Origin: a virus
Lineage: Duplodnaviria > Caudoviricetes
Virus record (IMG/VR): IMGVR_UViG_3300038674_000378
Coordinates: 1-47,559 of that record
Length of the DNA: 47,559 nucleotides
Strand: one strand, 5' to 3'
Position numbers and translations under genes: made by a program. Shown here piece after piece: positions 35,116 to 44,619 of the stretch (within the stretch, counting starts at the first letter, position 1; every line of letters begins with the position of its first letter). A model generated the notes under the pieces. That model searched no databases. It saw nothing but the letters and a program-made list of their open reading frames with translations, and had not been told where the DNA came from.

Positions 35116-36407
35116 GCTTGAAGAAAGTTTTGGAGTCGTTAGACAAGATCGCGTCATCCAGTTCCAGAAAGGTCAAGAAGAATCGCATATTGGCCTGCAT
35201 GGGTGATCCGTACTTTCAGAACGTAGTCCTGGCAGCGTACAACACCAGAAAGGTGTACAAGGTCAATAAGTTTCCTGTGAAGGCTTCTGCTCTTGTGCGC
35301 AAGACAGACACCGACAAAATCTTCGAAGTCCTTGACAAGTTCGCCATGCAGAAGGGTGTGTCTGACAGCGACGTTTCCCATTTGCACAGCCTTTGCGCTG
35401 ATGATGCCACCTGCGAAGTCGTCAGCCGTATCGTGAACAAGGATCTGCGCTGTGGTGTCAACATCAAGACCTGGAAGGAATTCTTTCCGGAACTTTTCGA
35501 ACACAGCCCCATGCTCTGCCAGTACGCTGTCCGCTATACCAGAAGATACGAGAAGTATTCCGAGGATCTTCAGACCTTTGTTACCCGTGTCTGTGGCGGC
35601 TGGGACAACGTTATTGGCTCTATCAAGGCCAACGGCGTTCGCGTGTGGGTTGACACACTTCCCGAAACTCCTACGTACACTTCACGCTCTGGCAAGCCCT
35701 ACGAAAACTTTCGCATCCTGAATAAGGATTGCATTACCATCGCCAAAGAAGTTCAGAAACGGCTTACTCTGGACGAACCGCCCATTCTGGACGGCGAAGT
35801 CACTTTCTTGGGTGAAGACTTTCAGGATCAGATGCGGCAGGTAAGGCGGATCAAGGACATGGATCCGTCGAAGTTCCGTTTCGTTCTGTTCGACTCTCCT
35901 TCCATCGGTTATCTTGAACAGGCAGAACGAAGTGAACTTCTTGCTGCTGTGGTGAATGATCTTCATGAAAAGCGCATGATTTCCAAGTCCACATTCACTG
36001 AAGAAGTGATGTTCGAAAACTTCCAGGATTTCGACACGTACTTCCTCGATGTCGTGAACCATCGCAAACTTGAGGGTCTTGTACTCAAGAAAGCTGACGC
36101 ACTTTACGAACTGAAACGCAGTCCTTTCTGGTGCAAGGTGAAGGATTTCTTCAGTGCCGATTTGAAGGTTCTCGACGCCGAAGAAGGAACCGGAAAGTAC
36201 GAGGGAATGCTCGGTGCTTTGTGGGTTGACTTCAACGGAGTACGTGTCAAGGTGGGTTCGGGATATAGCGACGAGCAGCGTGTTTCTTTTTGGAAAAAGC
36301 TCCCGAAGATCATCGAAGTCGAGTACAAGGAGATAACGAAGGACGGCAGTTTGCAGTTCCCCACTTTCCACAAAGAGCGTGAAGATTTGGTAGGTATTAT
36401 CAAATGA
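35112..36407 (+). CDS. ATP-dependent DNA ligase
   Basis: KANGVR (motif I), LDGEV, FD, EGLVLK, KRS..W.KVK, VGSG, LQFPTF. Confidence 0.92.
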   Translation: MSLKKVLESLDKIASSSSRKVKKNRILACMGDPYFQNVVLAAYNTRKVYKVNKFPVKASALVRKTDTDKIFEVLDKFAMQKGVSDSDVSHLHSLCADDATCEVVSRIVNKDLRCGVNIKTWKEFFPELFEHSPMLCQYAVRYTRRYEKYSEDLQTFVTRVCGGWDNVIGSIKANGVRVWVDTLPETPTYTSRSGKPYENFRILNKDCITIAKEVQKRLTLDEPPILDGEVTFLGEDFQDQMRQVRRIKDMDPSKFRFVLFDSPSIGYLEQAERSELLAAVVNDLHEKRMISKSTFTEEVMFENFQDFDTYFLDVVNHRKLEGLVLKKADALYELKRSPFWCKVKDFFSADLKVLDAEEGTGKYEGMLGALWVDFNGVRVKVGSGYSDEQRVSFWKKLPKIIEVEYKEITKDGSLQFPTFHKEREDLVGIIK

Positions 36408-37462
36408 TCAAAAAGGTAATACTTGAGAATTTCCAAGCACACGAGCATTCTATTATAGAATTCTCCGAAGGCATAAACGTGATATGCGGTGCTTCTGATC
36501 AAGGAAAATCAAGTGTTATTCGTGCCATCCGCTGGGTTCTGGAAAACAGGCCCAGCGGTTTCGCTTTCAAACGCGAAGGAGCCAAAGGCCCCACACGGGT
36601 TACTCTTGAATTTGACAACGGTAAAATTGTAAAGACCCGCTCAGAAACAGAGAACAGCTATAAGGTTTACGTACCTGGAAAGAAGCCTGTAGAATTCAAG
36701 GCTTTACGTACAGATGTTCCTGATGAAGTAAAGACTCTTTCACAGTTTGGTCCTTACAACATTCAATACCAGTTTGGCTCATCCTTTCTTCTGGATGATT
36801 CGCCGGGCGATGTGGCAAAGAAGTTGAACAACCTTTCGGGTGTAGCCATTATTGATGACATCTTGAAAGAAACGAACAGCCGTATCAGGGCTGAAAAGGC
36901 AAAAGAATCCGCTACAACCGACCTTCTTAACGATCTTAAAAAGACAAAGGCAGGTTTCAGGAATCTGAAAAAGCTTGAAAAGCTTGTTGCGGAGATGGAA
37001 ACTGTGAACACTGAAATAGAAGAGTACAAAAATTATCAAAGTATCCTCACAGGACATATCTCTAATTTGAAAAGATTGGAAAGTATGCCTGTTGTCGATA
37101 CGGACAAAGCTGATTCATACATCACAGAAGCAAGGAAAAAGGCTAAGGACTACAAGGATTATTCTGATGCTTACAATAATTTGAGAGGTAATATCGCTTC
37201 TCTCACACGAATTGAAAAGCAGTTGGGCAAGTTCAAGAATTTCAAGGCGGCTGACGGCCTTGTATCAGAGGCCAGAACGGCCCTGGCTGCCCTTGTAGAT
37301 ACTAAAAACCGAGCCTCTAAGCTCGAAACGCACTTGGCGAAGTTACGAGAATATGAAGAAGGTTGGAAGGCGTCTGTCCGCAGCATCAAAAAGGCGATAG
37401 ATGATCTTGCCAAGTTCAAACAGGAGAATAAAGTATGCCCCGTTTGCAGCAAGAAATGGTAG
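36404..37462 (+). CDS. SbcC/Rad50-like ATPase, N-terminal half ending at the zinc hook
   Basis: LENFQAH, GASDQGKS Walker A, Q-loop, coiled coil, terminal CPVC. Confidence 0.85.
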   Translation: MIKKVILENFQAHEHSIIEFSEGINVICGASDQGKSSVIRAIRWVLENRPSGFAFKREGAKGPTRVTLEFDNGKIVKTRSETENSYKVYVPGKKPVEFKALRTDVPDEVKTLSQFGPYNIQYQFGSSFLLDDSPGDVAKKLNNLSGVAIIDDILKETNSRIRAEKAKESATTDLLNDLKKTKAGFRNLKKLEKLVAEMETVNTEIEEYKNYQSILTGHISNLKRLESMPVVDTDKADSYITEARKKAKDYKDYSDAYNNLRGNIASLTRIEKQLGKFKNFKAADGLVSEARTALAALVDTKNRASKLETHLAKLREYEEGWKASVRSIKKAIDDLAKFKQENKVCPVCSKKW

Positions 37463-37749
37463 TACGTGGAGAAGACGTTACTTTGACAGATGTGTGGTTC
37501 ATGGGAAAACATGTGGCAACGTCACTGAAATTCGCGTACTCCACACCCCTGAAATTTTTCAAAAGGAAAAATAAGCGTCTGATCAAGAAATGGTCGAAAA
37601 GGTACGGGGTGTCGATTACACCAAGAACAGACGCCGTTATATTGCCTCTTTTCATTCTGTGCCACCCCAATACCTTGTGGCGTTTTGATCCCAAAAACTT
37701 TGCAGACGATACATCATCAAGTGGAGTTAAACATGATATTCACGTGTAA
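37456..37749 (+). CDS. basic hypothetical protein
   Basis: Fills the gap; KRLIKKWSKRYG motif. Confidence 0.45.
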   Translation: MVVRGEDVTLTDVWFMGKHVATSLKFAYSTPLKFFKRKNKRLIKKWSKRYGVSITPRTDAVILPLFILCHPNTLWRFDPKNFADDTSSSGVKHDIHV

Positions 37750-38152
37750 TTTTGCAAACTGGGAAAAGATTCCTGTGCCTGTGCTGCCTATAAGCATTGC
37801 CAGGTTTCCTCCGAAAGGATTCAAGTGTCAGTCGTATGAACCGCTCTTCCCTCCCCTTGATCTTTTTGAAGCCTATAAGAAGAACGCTGTCTGTGATTCA
37901 GTATTTACGGACATGTACACCGGGCTGGTCTTAGCCAAACTCAACCCCGCCACAGTGGTTGATGACCTCTACAACATGGCCGAAGCTCAGGATATGCACG
38001 CCGTAGTCCTTCTGTGCTATGAAGCTTCTAACAGGTTTTGTCATCGCCATCTAGCACGTAAGTGGTTGGAAAAGAACGGCATCACTGCCATGGAGTTTGA
38101 GATAAAGCCTACCCTGAAAACCTCTTTGGGACTGAGGAAAAAGCATGATTAA
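37733..38152 (+). CDS. DUF488-like protein
   Basis: ISIAR.PP, L.PP, VLLCYE...FCHRHL. Confidence 0.7.
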   Translation: MIFTCNFANWEKIPVPVLPISIARFPPKGFKCQSYEPLFPPLDLFEAYKKNAVCDSVFTDMYTGLVLAKLNPATVVDDLYNMAEAQDMHAVVLLCYEASNRFCHRHLARKWLEKNGITAMEFEIKPTLKTSLGLRKKHD

Positions 38153-39101
38153 GTTCGCGTACACCGGTGACTTGCACGGCCACACGAAGACACCAAAGAA
38201 CCGTTCAGATGATTACTTTGAAGCTTTCAAGACAAAGTTTTCATTCTTCATTGATCACTGCTTGGATAATGCTGTGGACTACATTCTCCTGGCAGGGGAC
38301 ATAACAGATCACCACAATGTGAACTACTACGTGACGAACTTCCTTTTGAAGGAGCTTCGGAGGTGGGAAAGCTTTGCTGGCGCAAGGCGTGTGTTGACAA
38401 TCACAGGCCAACATGACGTTAAATACCACGCTACGTTCGATGGTACTCCCTACGAATCATTGTTGAACAGTGGTCTTGTTCAGCACTTGGGAGCAGAACC
38501 TTTCGTTATTGTAGACCATCGGGTTGACGACGGTGCAGAAATCCACATCTACGGTTCAAGCTTCGGAGTGGAACTTCCTACAATATTGAACCCTGATGTG
38601 TACAATATCCTTGTAACTCACGACATGATTGTCGATGAAAAGAATGAGTTCTGGGAAGAAAAGTTCACGCTGGCCAGCACTTTGTTAAGGACACACAAGT
38701 TCAATCTTATTGTGGCTGGTGACAATCATAAACCATTCATCACACACTACAGAAGCAGACGGCTGGTAATGTGTGGTTCTATGATGCGTAAGAACATCGA
38801 CCAGAAAGATTACCAGCCGAAATTCTATATCAGTTGTGTTCCGAACAACCAGCATGAAGAAGTGAAGTTTCCGATACAGCCTGACGTTTTCAAGGAAGAG
38901 GCTGTAGAGCTTGGAAAGGAAAGGAAAATCATCGTTGAAAAATTTGCAGAGAGTTTGAAAGACTCAAACCTTATAGGTCTGCAATTTACTGATAGAATAA
39001 AGAAGGCAGTGGCAGAAAATTCCGAAATGGAAGAACACGTTGTGGAAACAGTAAACGACATTATGGAGACCGTCGATGGCCGATCCAATAAAAATGCTTA
39101 G
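38145..39101 (+). CDS. SbcD/Mre11-like metallophosphoesterase nuclease
   Basis: GDLH, AGDI, GQHD, THD, GDNH, GS motifs. Confidence 0.88.
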   Translation: MIKFAYTGDLHGHTKTPKNRSDDYFEAFKTKFSFFIDHCLDNAVDYILLAGDITDHHNVNYYVTNFLLKELRRWESFAGARRVLTITGQHDVKYHATFDGTPYESLLNSGLVQHLGAEPFVIVDHRVDDGAEIHIYGSSFGVELPTILNPDVYNILVTHDMIVDEKNEFWEEKFTLASTLLRTHKFNLIVAGDNHKPFITHYRSRRLVMCGSMMRKNIDQKDYQPKFYISCVPNNQHEEVKFPIQPDVFKEEAVELGKERKIIVEKFAESLKDSNLIGLQFTDRIKKAVAENSEMEEHVVETVNDIMETVDGRSNKNA

Positions 39102-39312
39102 ATCCTTAGAGTCTGCTTTAGAGAAGGCGAAGCTCGACAAAGCCAACCTCGAAGGCCAGAAGGCTTCCATCCTCAAAGAGCTTATGGAAGTCTTTGAAAT
39201 ATCTACTGTGGAAGAAGGGGAAGACCTTCTTCAGGATTACAAAACAGAGATTGAGACTCTGGAATCTCAGATGACCTCTATTCTGGAAAAAGCACAAGCT
39301 CTCTTGGAGTAG
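39076..39312 (+). CDS. short coiled-coil protein, possible middle piece of the split Rad50
   Basis: Pure heptad repeat directly upstream of the Rad50 C-terminal half. Confidence 0.55.
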   Translation: MADPIKMLRSLESALEKAKLDKANLEGQKASILKELMEVFEISTVEEGEDLLQDYKTEIETLESQMTSILEKAQALLE

Positions 39313-39314
39313 TC

Positions 39315-39896
39315 ATGACGTTCAAAGAATTGAAGGATAAGGTCGAGCGCATGAAAGGCCAGAAAGAAGCCGTCGAAACTCAGATACAGAATCTTGAGGA
39401 TTCTCTTGATATGATGGCTTTGAACCTCGACGGCTTACACAAGGCGAGAGAATTCTTTCAGTATCAAGCCGATGTTGTGCAGAAGGAAATTGTCGATACG
39501 GTATCAAACCTCATATCTATGGCACTTGCTGACATATTTCCCAATCCATATTCCTGTGTTATTCAGACGGGGATCAAGCGGAACGCCACAGAGGCTAACA
39601 TCCTTTTCCAGAAGGATGAAATGCTACTTGAACCCAGGGACGCTGTGGGTGGTGGACCCATAGACGTTGCCAGCTTTGCGGGCCGTGTTGCTTTTGTTCA
39701 TTTGTCTGGTGATCGTAGAGTCATAATTTGTGATGAACCTTTTAAATTCGTAAGCCGTGATCTGCTTGACCGCTGTCCCGAAATGCTGAAGGGCCTGACC
39801 GCTCTAGGCCATCAATTCATTCTCATCTCACATCTTGCAGAGGTAATCGATGCCGCCGACAATGTTATCGAAATTAGTGAAGGTAAAGTCGTCTAA
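39315..39896 (+). CDS. SbcC/Rad50-like ATPase, C-terminal half
   Basis: Coiled coil, VGGG signature, Walker B IICDEP, H-switch LISH. Confidence 0.85.
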   Translation: MTFKELKDKVERMKGQKEAVETQIQNLEDSLDMMALNLDGLHKAREFFQYQADVVQKEIVDTVSNLISMALADIFPNPYSCVIQTGIKRNATEANILFQKDEMLLEPRDAVGGGPIDVASFAGRVAFVHLSGDRRVIICDEPFKFVSRDLLDRCPEMLKGLTALGHQFILISHLAEVIDAADNVIEISEGKVV

Positions 39897-40031
39897 GTAC
39901 CCTGTACAAACTATCCTCACTGAAAGGATATGGAAACAGATGATTATTAAAGCCCTCTGTGAACAGTTGAATATTGATTACCACACCATAGATAAGGCTG
40001 TTATCGAAATATTCGCACAGGAGGGTGAGGT

Positions 40032-40298
40032 ATGCCTGGAGATAAAAATTCAGTAGCCAGCACACATCTCGGCATCCTTGGCAACACACACGTGATTATC
40101 AGTGAATACGTGGATGACTATAAGAGCGTACCTAAGAAACGGCACAGACGCGCACGCATACAGAAGAAATGGTTGAAGCGTTGGGGATTCAAAATGGTCG
40201 TCATACGTTCCAACATATACCGTATGGGAAGCTCACTACTTATGAGTGCTAGAACATACAGAAGACTTGTTGAACAAATGCAAAAGGAGGGTGTATGA
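40032..40298 (+). CDS. basic hypothetical protein
   Basis: GAGG SD; RARIQKKWLKRWG motif. Confidence 0.5.
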   Translation: MPGDKNSVASTHLGILGNTHVIISEYVDDYKSVPKKRHRRARIQKKWLKRWGFKMVVIRSNIYRMGSSLLMSARTYRRLVEQMQKEGV

Positions 40299-40424
40299 GT
40301 TGTCCTTTCTGTGGTGCCGATGTTTTGGGTGACGGTATCAAAACGCCTGTCCGTTGTGAATACGCGGAAGTGCCGGAGGATGCTGAACCCGATTCCGGTC
40401 CTTACTGGTGTGGCTGCGGAGTAG

Positions 40425-40910
40425 ATGATGGTTACGTTGAAGAGTAAGGAACGGAAGATACTGAAGTTTACCACTACTCCTGAAATAGAATTGGCGGTGG
40501 CGAACTTCTTGAATATCCGCGTAAACATCATAGTCCCTAATATCCATTGGGGACTTTTGCCGTATGAAACAGACCTGTTTGTTTTATCAAAGACAGGCTA
40601 TGCTACGGAAATTGAAATAAAGGTTTCGGCATCTGATTTGAAGGCCGACAAATTGAAGAAACACACCCACAGCAGTCCTCTGATAAGGAAGCTGTACTTC
40701 GCTATGCCAGAGAGCTTGGAGAAGCACATCGAACATGTACCGGCAAAAGCAGGCATTTTTCTTGTAGACTATTACGGCAGAGTCAAAGAAATCCGTAAGC
40801 CTAAGATCAATACAGCCGCGAGAAAGCTTACGGACAAAGAAATTCACCAGGTTCTGCGGCTGGGGAATATGCGAACATGGGGACTGAGGAAGAAACTCCT
40901 GCTAAAGTAG
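40425..40910 (+). CDS. PD-(D/E)xK nuclease-like (MmcB-like) protein
   Basis: ETDL...EIEIKVSASDLKAD...LYFAMP...AGI. Confidence 0.65.
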   Translation: MMVTLKSKERKILKFTTTPEIELAVANFLNIRVNIIVPNIHWGLLPYETDLFVLSKTGYATEIEIKVSASDLKADKLKKHTHSSPLIRKLYFAMPESLEKHIEHVPAKAGIFLVDYYGRVKEIRKPKINTAARKLTDKEIHQVLRLGNMRTWGLRKKLLLK

Positions 40911-41101
40911 CTGACATTTTGAAGAAGGATAAAAAGGTTCTGGAAGAAGCTCTAGGTGTTGTGCTTGAAGCTTTCAAAGAAAAAACCGGCCTAGAAGTGT
41001 ACGAAATAAAACTAAATATAAATAAATTGTACACTAATGGTTTCAGTTACGGTGATTTCAAATACGATGTAGAGGTTTCACTCAAATTATGGGGGCAATG
41101 A
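40877..41101 (+). CDS. hypothetical protein
   Basis: 74-aa ORF bridging to thyX. Confidence 0.45.
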   Translation: MGTEEETPAKVADILKKDKKVLEEALGVVLEAFKEKTGLEVYEIKLNINKLYTNGFSYGDFKYDVEVSLKLWGQ

Positions 41102-41922
41102 TGAACGACGTTCTTTCCAAACTGAACAACAAGGTTGCACCGGCAGGCATAACTTTCGAATACCCGTCTTTCGAAATAGTGTCCATGCCAACGAAAGAAA
41201 CAATCAGGCAGTTCGAAGTAGCAGCCAGGACATGTTACAGGTCTGAAGACAAAATGACGGAAGATTTGTCTTCCGCAGAATCTCTTCTCGACAGGATAAT
41301 GAAATTCAAGCATACTGCCATGATCGAATTCTTACCGGAAATGTTCGTAAAATTTCGCACAAACCGCGGAGTTACACACGAAATGGTGCGTATGCGGCTT
41401 TGCAGTTTCGCACAAGAATCCACGCGGTACGTCAAATATGGACAAGTTCCTTTCATCGTACCTAGTTTTATGAACGCTTCCATTCTGCTAGATTCACCTA
41501 TGATACGCAAGAACGCTCTGTTCCTCAGTTCTTGCATGAACTCGGCTGAAATGTACTCGGAGCGTCTGGCCGTGGGCTGCACTCCCCAAGAAGCTCGTGG
41601 TTCTCTGAACAATGACACCGCTTCCTACATCAACGTGAAAACGAATATGCGTGAATGGTTCCACATATTCAATCTGCGGTGCGAAAAAGTTGCTCACCCT
41701 GATATGCGTCTTCTTATATGTGGCTTGGCAAGTTACTTGTTTGCCAATAACGATCTTTTCCAAGACATGTTCGCCAAACACTTTCCCAGAATCACGGATA
41801 TTGATATTCCGTGGTTCAGAAAAACACACTTCGTTGAAACCATTGAAGGCGTTCATTACATCGTGGCTTACGTCGATGCAGACTGCAATCGGGATGCTGG
41901 CGATCCCTGGGCCGATAAATGA
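41098..41922 (+). CDS. thyX: flavin-dependent thymidylate synthase (variant motif)
   Basis: AARTCY.S, RGVTHEMVRMR..SFAQESTRY, PQEAR, N.REW..I..LR...AHP. Confidence 0.85.
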   Translation: MMNDVLSKLNNKVAPAGITFEYPSFEIVSMPTKETIRQFEVAARTCYRSEDKMTEDLSSAESLLDRIMKFKHTAMIEFLPEMFVKFRTNRGVTHEMVRMRLCSFAQESTRYVKYGQVPFIVPSFMNASILLDSPMIRKNALFLSSCMNSAEMYSERLAVGCTPQEARGSLNNDTASYINVKTNMREWFHIFNLRCEKVAHPDMRLLICGLASYLFANNDLFQDMFAKHFPRITDIDIPWFRKTHFVETIEGVHYIVAYVDADCNRDAGDPWADK

Positions 41923-42224
41923 ACTTGCGGCAAATAGTTCAGGAGCACGAAAGGAAGGTCAACAAGCCTCCTTTCGGGTATCCTGTAGCACTGATCAGCA
42001 CCTTGATAAACAAGGTCTTGTCCGCGGAGAAAGAAAAGAGTAAATGGAAGGCTCTTGCGCAAAGGCGAGGAGAACTCCTGAACAAAATTCAAGAGCTTTC
42101 ACTATTAACTAAACTTTCTGAAGAGGAGCTTTTAAATGGATGTAGAGATTCTGAGACAGTACCAAGTGACAGCCCACATGACCGCGATCTACCCCAGAAG
42201 AAAAGACCCGTCAGTAATGTCTGA
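41919..42224 (+). CDS. hypothetical protein
   Basis: ATGA overlap with the thyX stop. Confidence 0.45.
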   Translation: MNLRQIVQEHERKVNKPPFGYPVALISTLINKVLSAEKEKSKWKALAQRRGELLNKIQELSLLTKLSEEELLNGCRDSETVPSDSPHDRDLPQKKRPVSNV

Positions 42225-42690
42225 CACTGGCGGCGTTGTTTACATAGCACTCGGATTGTGCGGCGAATGCGGCGAATACTCCGATGCTTTTTCTGCAATC
42301 CATTCCGGAGGACAGAATGCCAAACAGCAGTTCACCAAAGAAGCTGGTGACGTATGCTGGTATCTTGTTGAATTCCTTGCGGAACTTGATATTCCCGTCG
42401 ATGTCCTTATCAATTCAGAAGCTTATAAAGAAGGAAGAGCAGGAAAACAGGCTCTCTACTATGCAAGCGTCTGCGCCGAACTCATTAAGAAGGGCATCAG
42501 AGACAACGGACGTATTAATTCTGAAACCCTCCCCAAGATCATCGCAAACCTCCAGCTCCTCTGGGCCAGTATCAACTTCGACTGTAAGCTTCTCGGTATC
42601 CCCATCGAGCACATCCTTGAGGAGAACAACCGAAAACTTCTGTCTCGCCTTGGAAGGGGTAAACTCAACGGTAGCGGAGACAATCGCTAG
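42136..42690 (+). CDS. MazG-like nucleotide pyrophosphohydrolase
   Basis: YQ...TAIYP, LGLCGECGE, KEAGDVCWY, ENNRKLLSR..RGKLNGSGDNR. Confidence 0.85.
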   Translation: MDVEILRQYQVTAHMTAIYPRRKDPSVMSDTGGVVYIALGLCGECGEYSDAFSAIHSGGQNAKQQFTKEAGDVCWYLVEFLAELDIPVDVLINSEAYKEGRAGKQALYYASVCAELIKKGIRDNGRINSETLPKIIANLQLLWASINFDCKLLGIPIEHILEENNRKLLSRLGRGKLNGSGDNR

Positions 42691-42737
42691 GCACGATTGG
42701 TTGTATAAAGTTCTTGCGCATGAAAAGGTGATTCTGG

Positions 42738-42980
42738 ATGAAGAAAATAGAAAGGTACTTGCCTGTTTTAAAGAAAGACAGAAAAGGAAAGTACCGTGCT
42801 TCAGTTCACAAGGATCCTTACGGCAAGTATGTGAAATTCGAAGAACACGCAAAAAGAATGGCTTCACTGCGAAACGAACTGTCCACGCAAGAAACACTAA
42901 GAAGGCGCATACGCGACCTGGAGGAGGAGAATGAGCGGTTACTATGTATTTGTGGGTCCCATGAACTTCACCACTTTTAA
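42738..42980 (+). CDS. hypothetical protein
   Basis: 80 aa; GKYVKFEEH followed by coiled coil; last + strand gene. Confidence 0.55.
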   Translation: MKKIERYLPVLKKDRKGKYRASVHKDPYGKYVKFEEHAKRMASLRNELSTQETLRRRIRDLEEENERLLCICGSHELHHF

Positions 42981-42985
42981 CGTTG

Positions 42986-43013
42986 AAGGCCCCTACCAGG
43001 GGCCTTTTCTTTT
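42986..43013 (+). terminator. intrinsic terminator at the convergence of the two transcription units
   Basis: AAGGCCCCT-acc-AGGGGCCTT-TTCTTTT. Confidence 0.8.
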
Positions 43014-43078
43014 GACAAGAGCGAGAGCAGCAAAACGCTGACTCGTTCGGTTAAACAGCAAAAGAATTGATTTGCGGG

Positions 43079-43702
43079 CTATTTCATGAGCGAGATGTAA
43101 GACAGCAGAAGATCAACACGATTCAGCCAGCCTTCCCGTGCCCAAGCCATTTTTCCAAGACCTCTTCTACGATATTCAGAAAAGCGCAGAGCTATCATGG
43201 TATAAGCTAGAGCAGTGTGGTTTTCTTTCTTCAGGGCGAGCTTGGTAATACTACCAATATCGCCATCAACCTTAATGTACTCGGAGCCAGCGAGAAGATT
43301 AAGGGATTTCTGAAGAAGTTCGGCGGCGTCAAGGTTTGCATCATTCGGCTTGCCAAGGCCCATGTTCACGTAGGAATCACAGAAAACTTCACGCAGACGG
43401 CGATCAAAAAGGTACCAGTATTTGAAAAGCAGGTTGGAATAAAATTTTGAAACGCGCCTTTCAAACTCAGGACCACTCGTAATGCCCTTGTCAACGAGTT
43501 CCCAAATATCACAGGTGGGATGATATTTTCTGGAGATGCCCCAGGCCGTCTGTTTACCTGGATCTCTGGGATCATTGGTCACTGAGCGATCTTCCCTGTC
43601 CATAAGAAATTTGAAAAAGTTTTTCCATTCTTCAGATTCCAGCATGGCAGTGAACATCTCCTGTCTTTCATGCGGTTTAGTAATCTGATCTACGTCGATC
43701 AT
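43079..43702 (-). CDS. endolysin, glycoside hydrolase family 108-like with peptidoglycan-binding region
   Basis: RED...NDPRDPGKQTAWGIS, D..VNMG, LQK.LN...VDGDIG..T, GWLNRV. Confidence 0.82.
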   Translation of the reverse strand: MIDVDQITKPHERQEMFTAMLESEEWKNFFKFLMDREDRSVTNDPRDPGKQTAWGISRKYHPTCDIWELVDKGITSGPEFERRVSKFYSNLLFKYWYLFDRRLREVFCDSYVNMGLGKPNDANLDAAELLQKSLNLLAGSEYIKVDGDIGSITKLALKKENHTALAYTMIALRFSEYRRRGLGKMAWAREGWLNRVDLLLSYISLMK

Positions 43703-44163
43703 AAGCCCCTCCTAAATGGAACAACAGTGAGTTGATAAGCACCGACGAATTGGTAACAAGACAAACAATCTTTGTTGCATACCCTACGGGGATCAAGGCA
43801 TCCTTTCTTTTCGGGGGAGTAAGACGGGAATCCACCAACACGCACACCTAAGTACATACCGTAAGAAGTGAACACAAACTTACCGCTATCTTTCAAAGCT
43901 TCCTTGAAAATGTCATCACAAACGGAACGAGGCAGAATTGCACATCGGTAAAGCCAATCGTGGATCACAGCAGCGCGTTTACCTTTGTGTCCGAACAGCC
44001 AGTAGAGTAAAGGGGCTCTGGGGACAGAAGGACCATCCGAAACCATACCGGAGGGTACAGTGATTTTCAGTTGATGTTTTTCCGAGTAGTACACCAAATC
44101 TTGCAGAAGCATGAAATAGGTGTCGTCCAGTTGCCGGATGTCGAATTCTGTCAACCAAGCCAT
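43699..44163 (-). CDS. DUF1353-like protein
   Basis: ITVPSG..SDGPSVPR...AAVIHDWLY...D.IF...MY.GVR.GG. Confidence 0.82.
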   Translation of the reverse strand: MAWLTEFDIRQLDDTYFMLLQDLVYYSEKHQLKITVPSGMVSDGPSVPRAPLLYWLFGHKGKRAAVIHDWLYRCAILPRSVCDDIFKEALKDSGKFVFTSYGMYLGVRVGGFPSYSPEKKGCLDPRRVCNKDCLSCYQFVGAYQLTVVPFRRGL

Positions 44164-44408
44164 TACTTGCCGCCTTGTAGAAGTGTCTGAAGGAGTAGCT
44201 GTATTGTTTTGTCTTGGTGGCTGGTCTGGCTTTCGATGCCGCCTTTCACAGTACCATTCGTATTTGTTTCAAAAGAGACACCATTAAGCTCCTGATCCCA
44301 AAAACGGCTGTACTTAACATGGTAACCCGAAGGTGTGTCCATCTCAAAAGAAGCACAACCGCTAAGAAGGATCAAACAAAGTATAAGCTTCCTCATCATC
44401 CCCTCCAA
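44163..44408 (-). CDS. small lipoprotein (lysis region)
   Basis: MRKLILCLILLSGC lipobox. Confidence 0.65.
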   Translation of the reverse strand: MEGMMRKLILCLILLSGCASFEMDTPSGYHVKYSRFWDQELNGVSFETNTNGTVKGGIESQTSHQDKTIQLLLQTLLQGGK

Positions 44409-44619
44409 AATATTTCCTTTTCTTTACTTCAGCTTCATAATCTATTTGAGATTTGAAGTCTAAAAAAGCTTCCTCTTCAACACCTTTTTCTACAGTATCA
44501 GCAAAAAAAGAACACATCCTTTCCAAAATCAATATTTGACGAGGTGTAAGCCATAAACAAACCCCTGTCATATAAGCATCAAAAGGGTTACGTTTTCCTC
44601 TTTCGCTATAACTCATCAC
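44362..44619 (-). CDS. hypothetical protein
   Basis: Overlapping start/stop with neighbours. Confidence 0.45.
   Translation of the reverse strand: MMSYSERGKRNPFDAYMTGVCLWLTPRQILILERMCSFFADTVEKGVEEEAFLDFKSQIDYEAEVKKRKYFGGDDEEAYTLFDPS

Noticed and set aside
42284-42934. 216-aa + strand ORF overlapping MazG
   Set aside because: Ser/Arg-rich off-frame translation overlapping two better-supported genes; no motifs, unlike the nested nuclease in the intein
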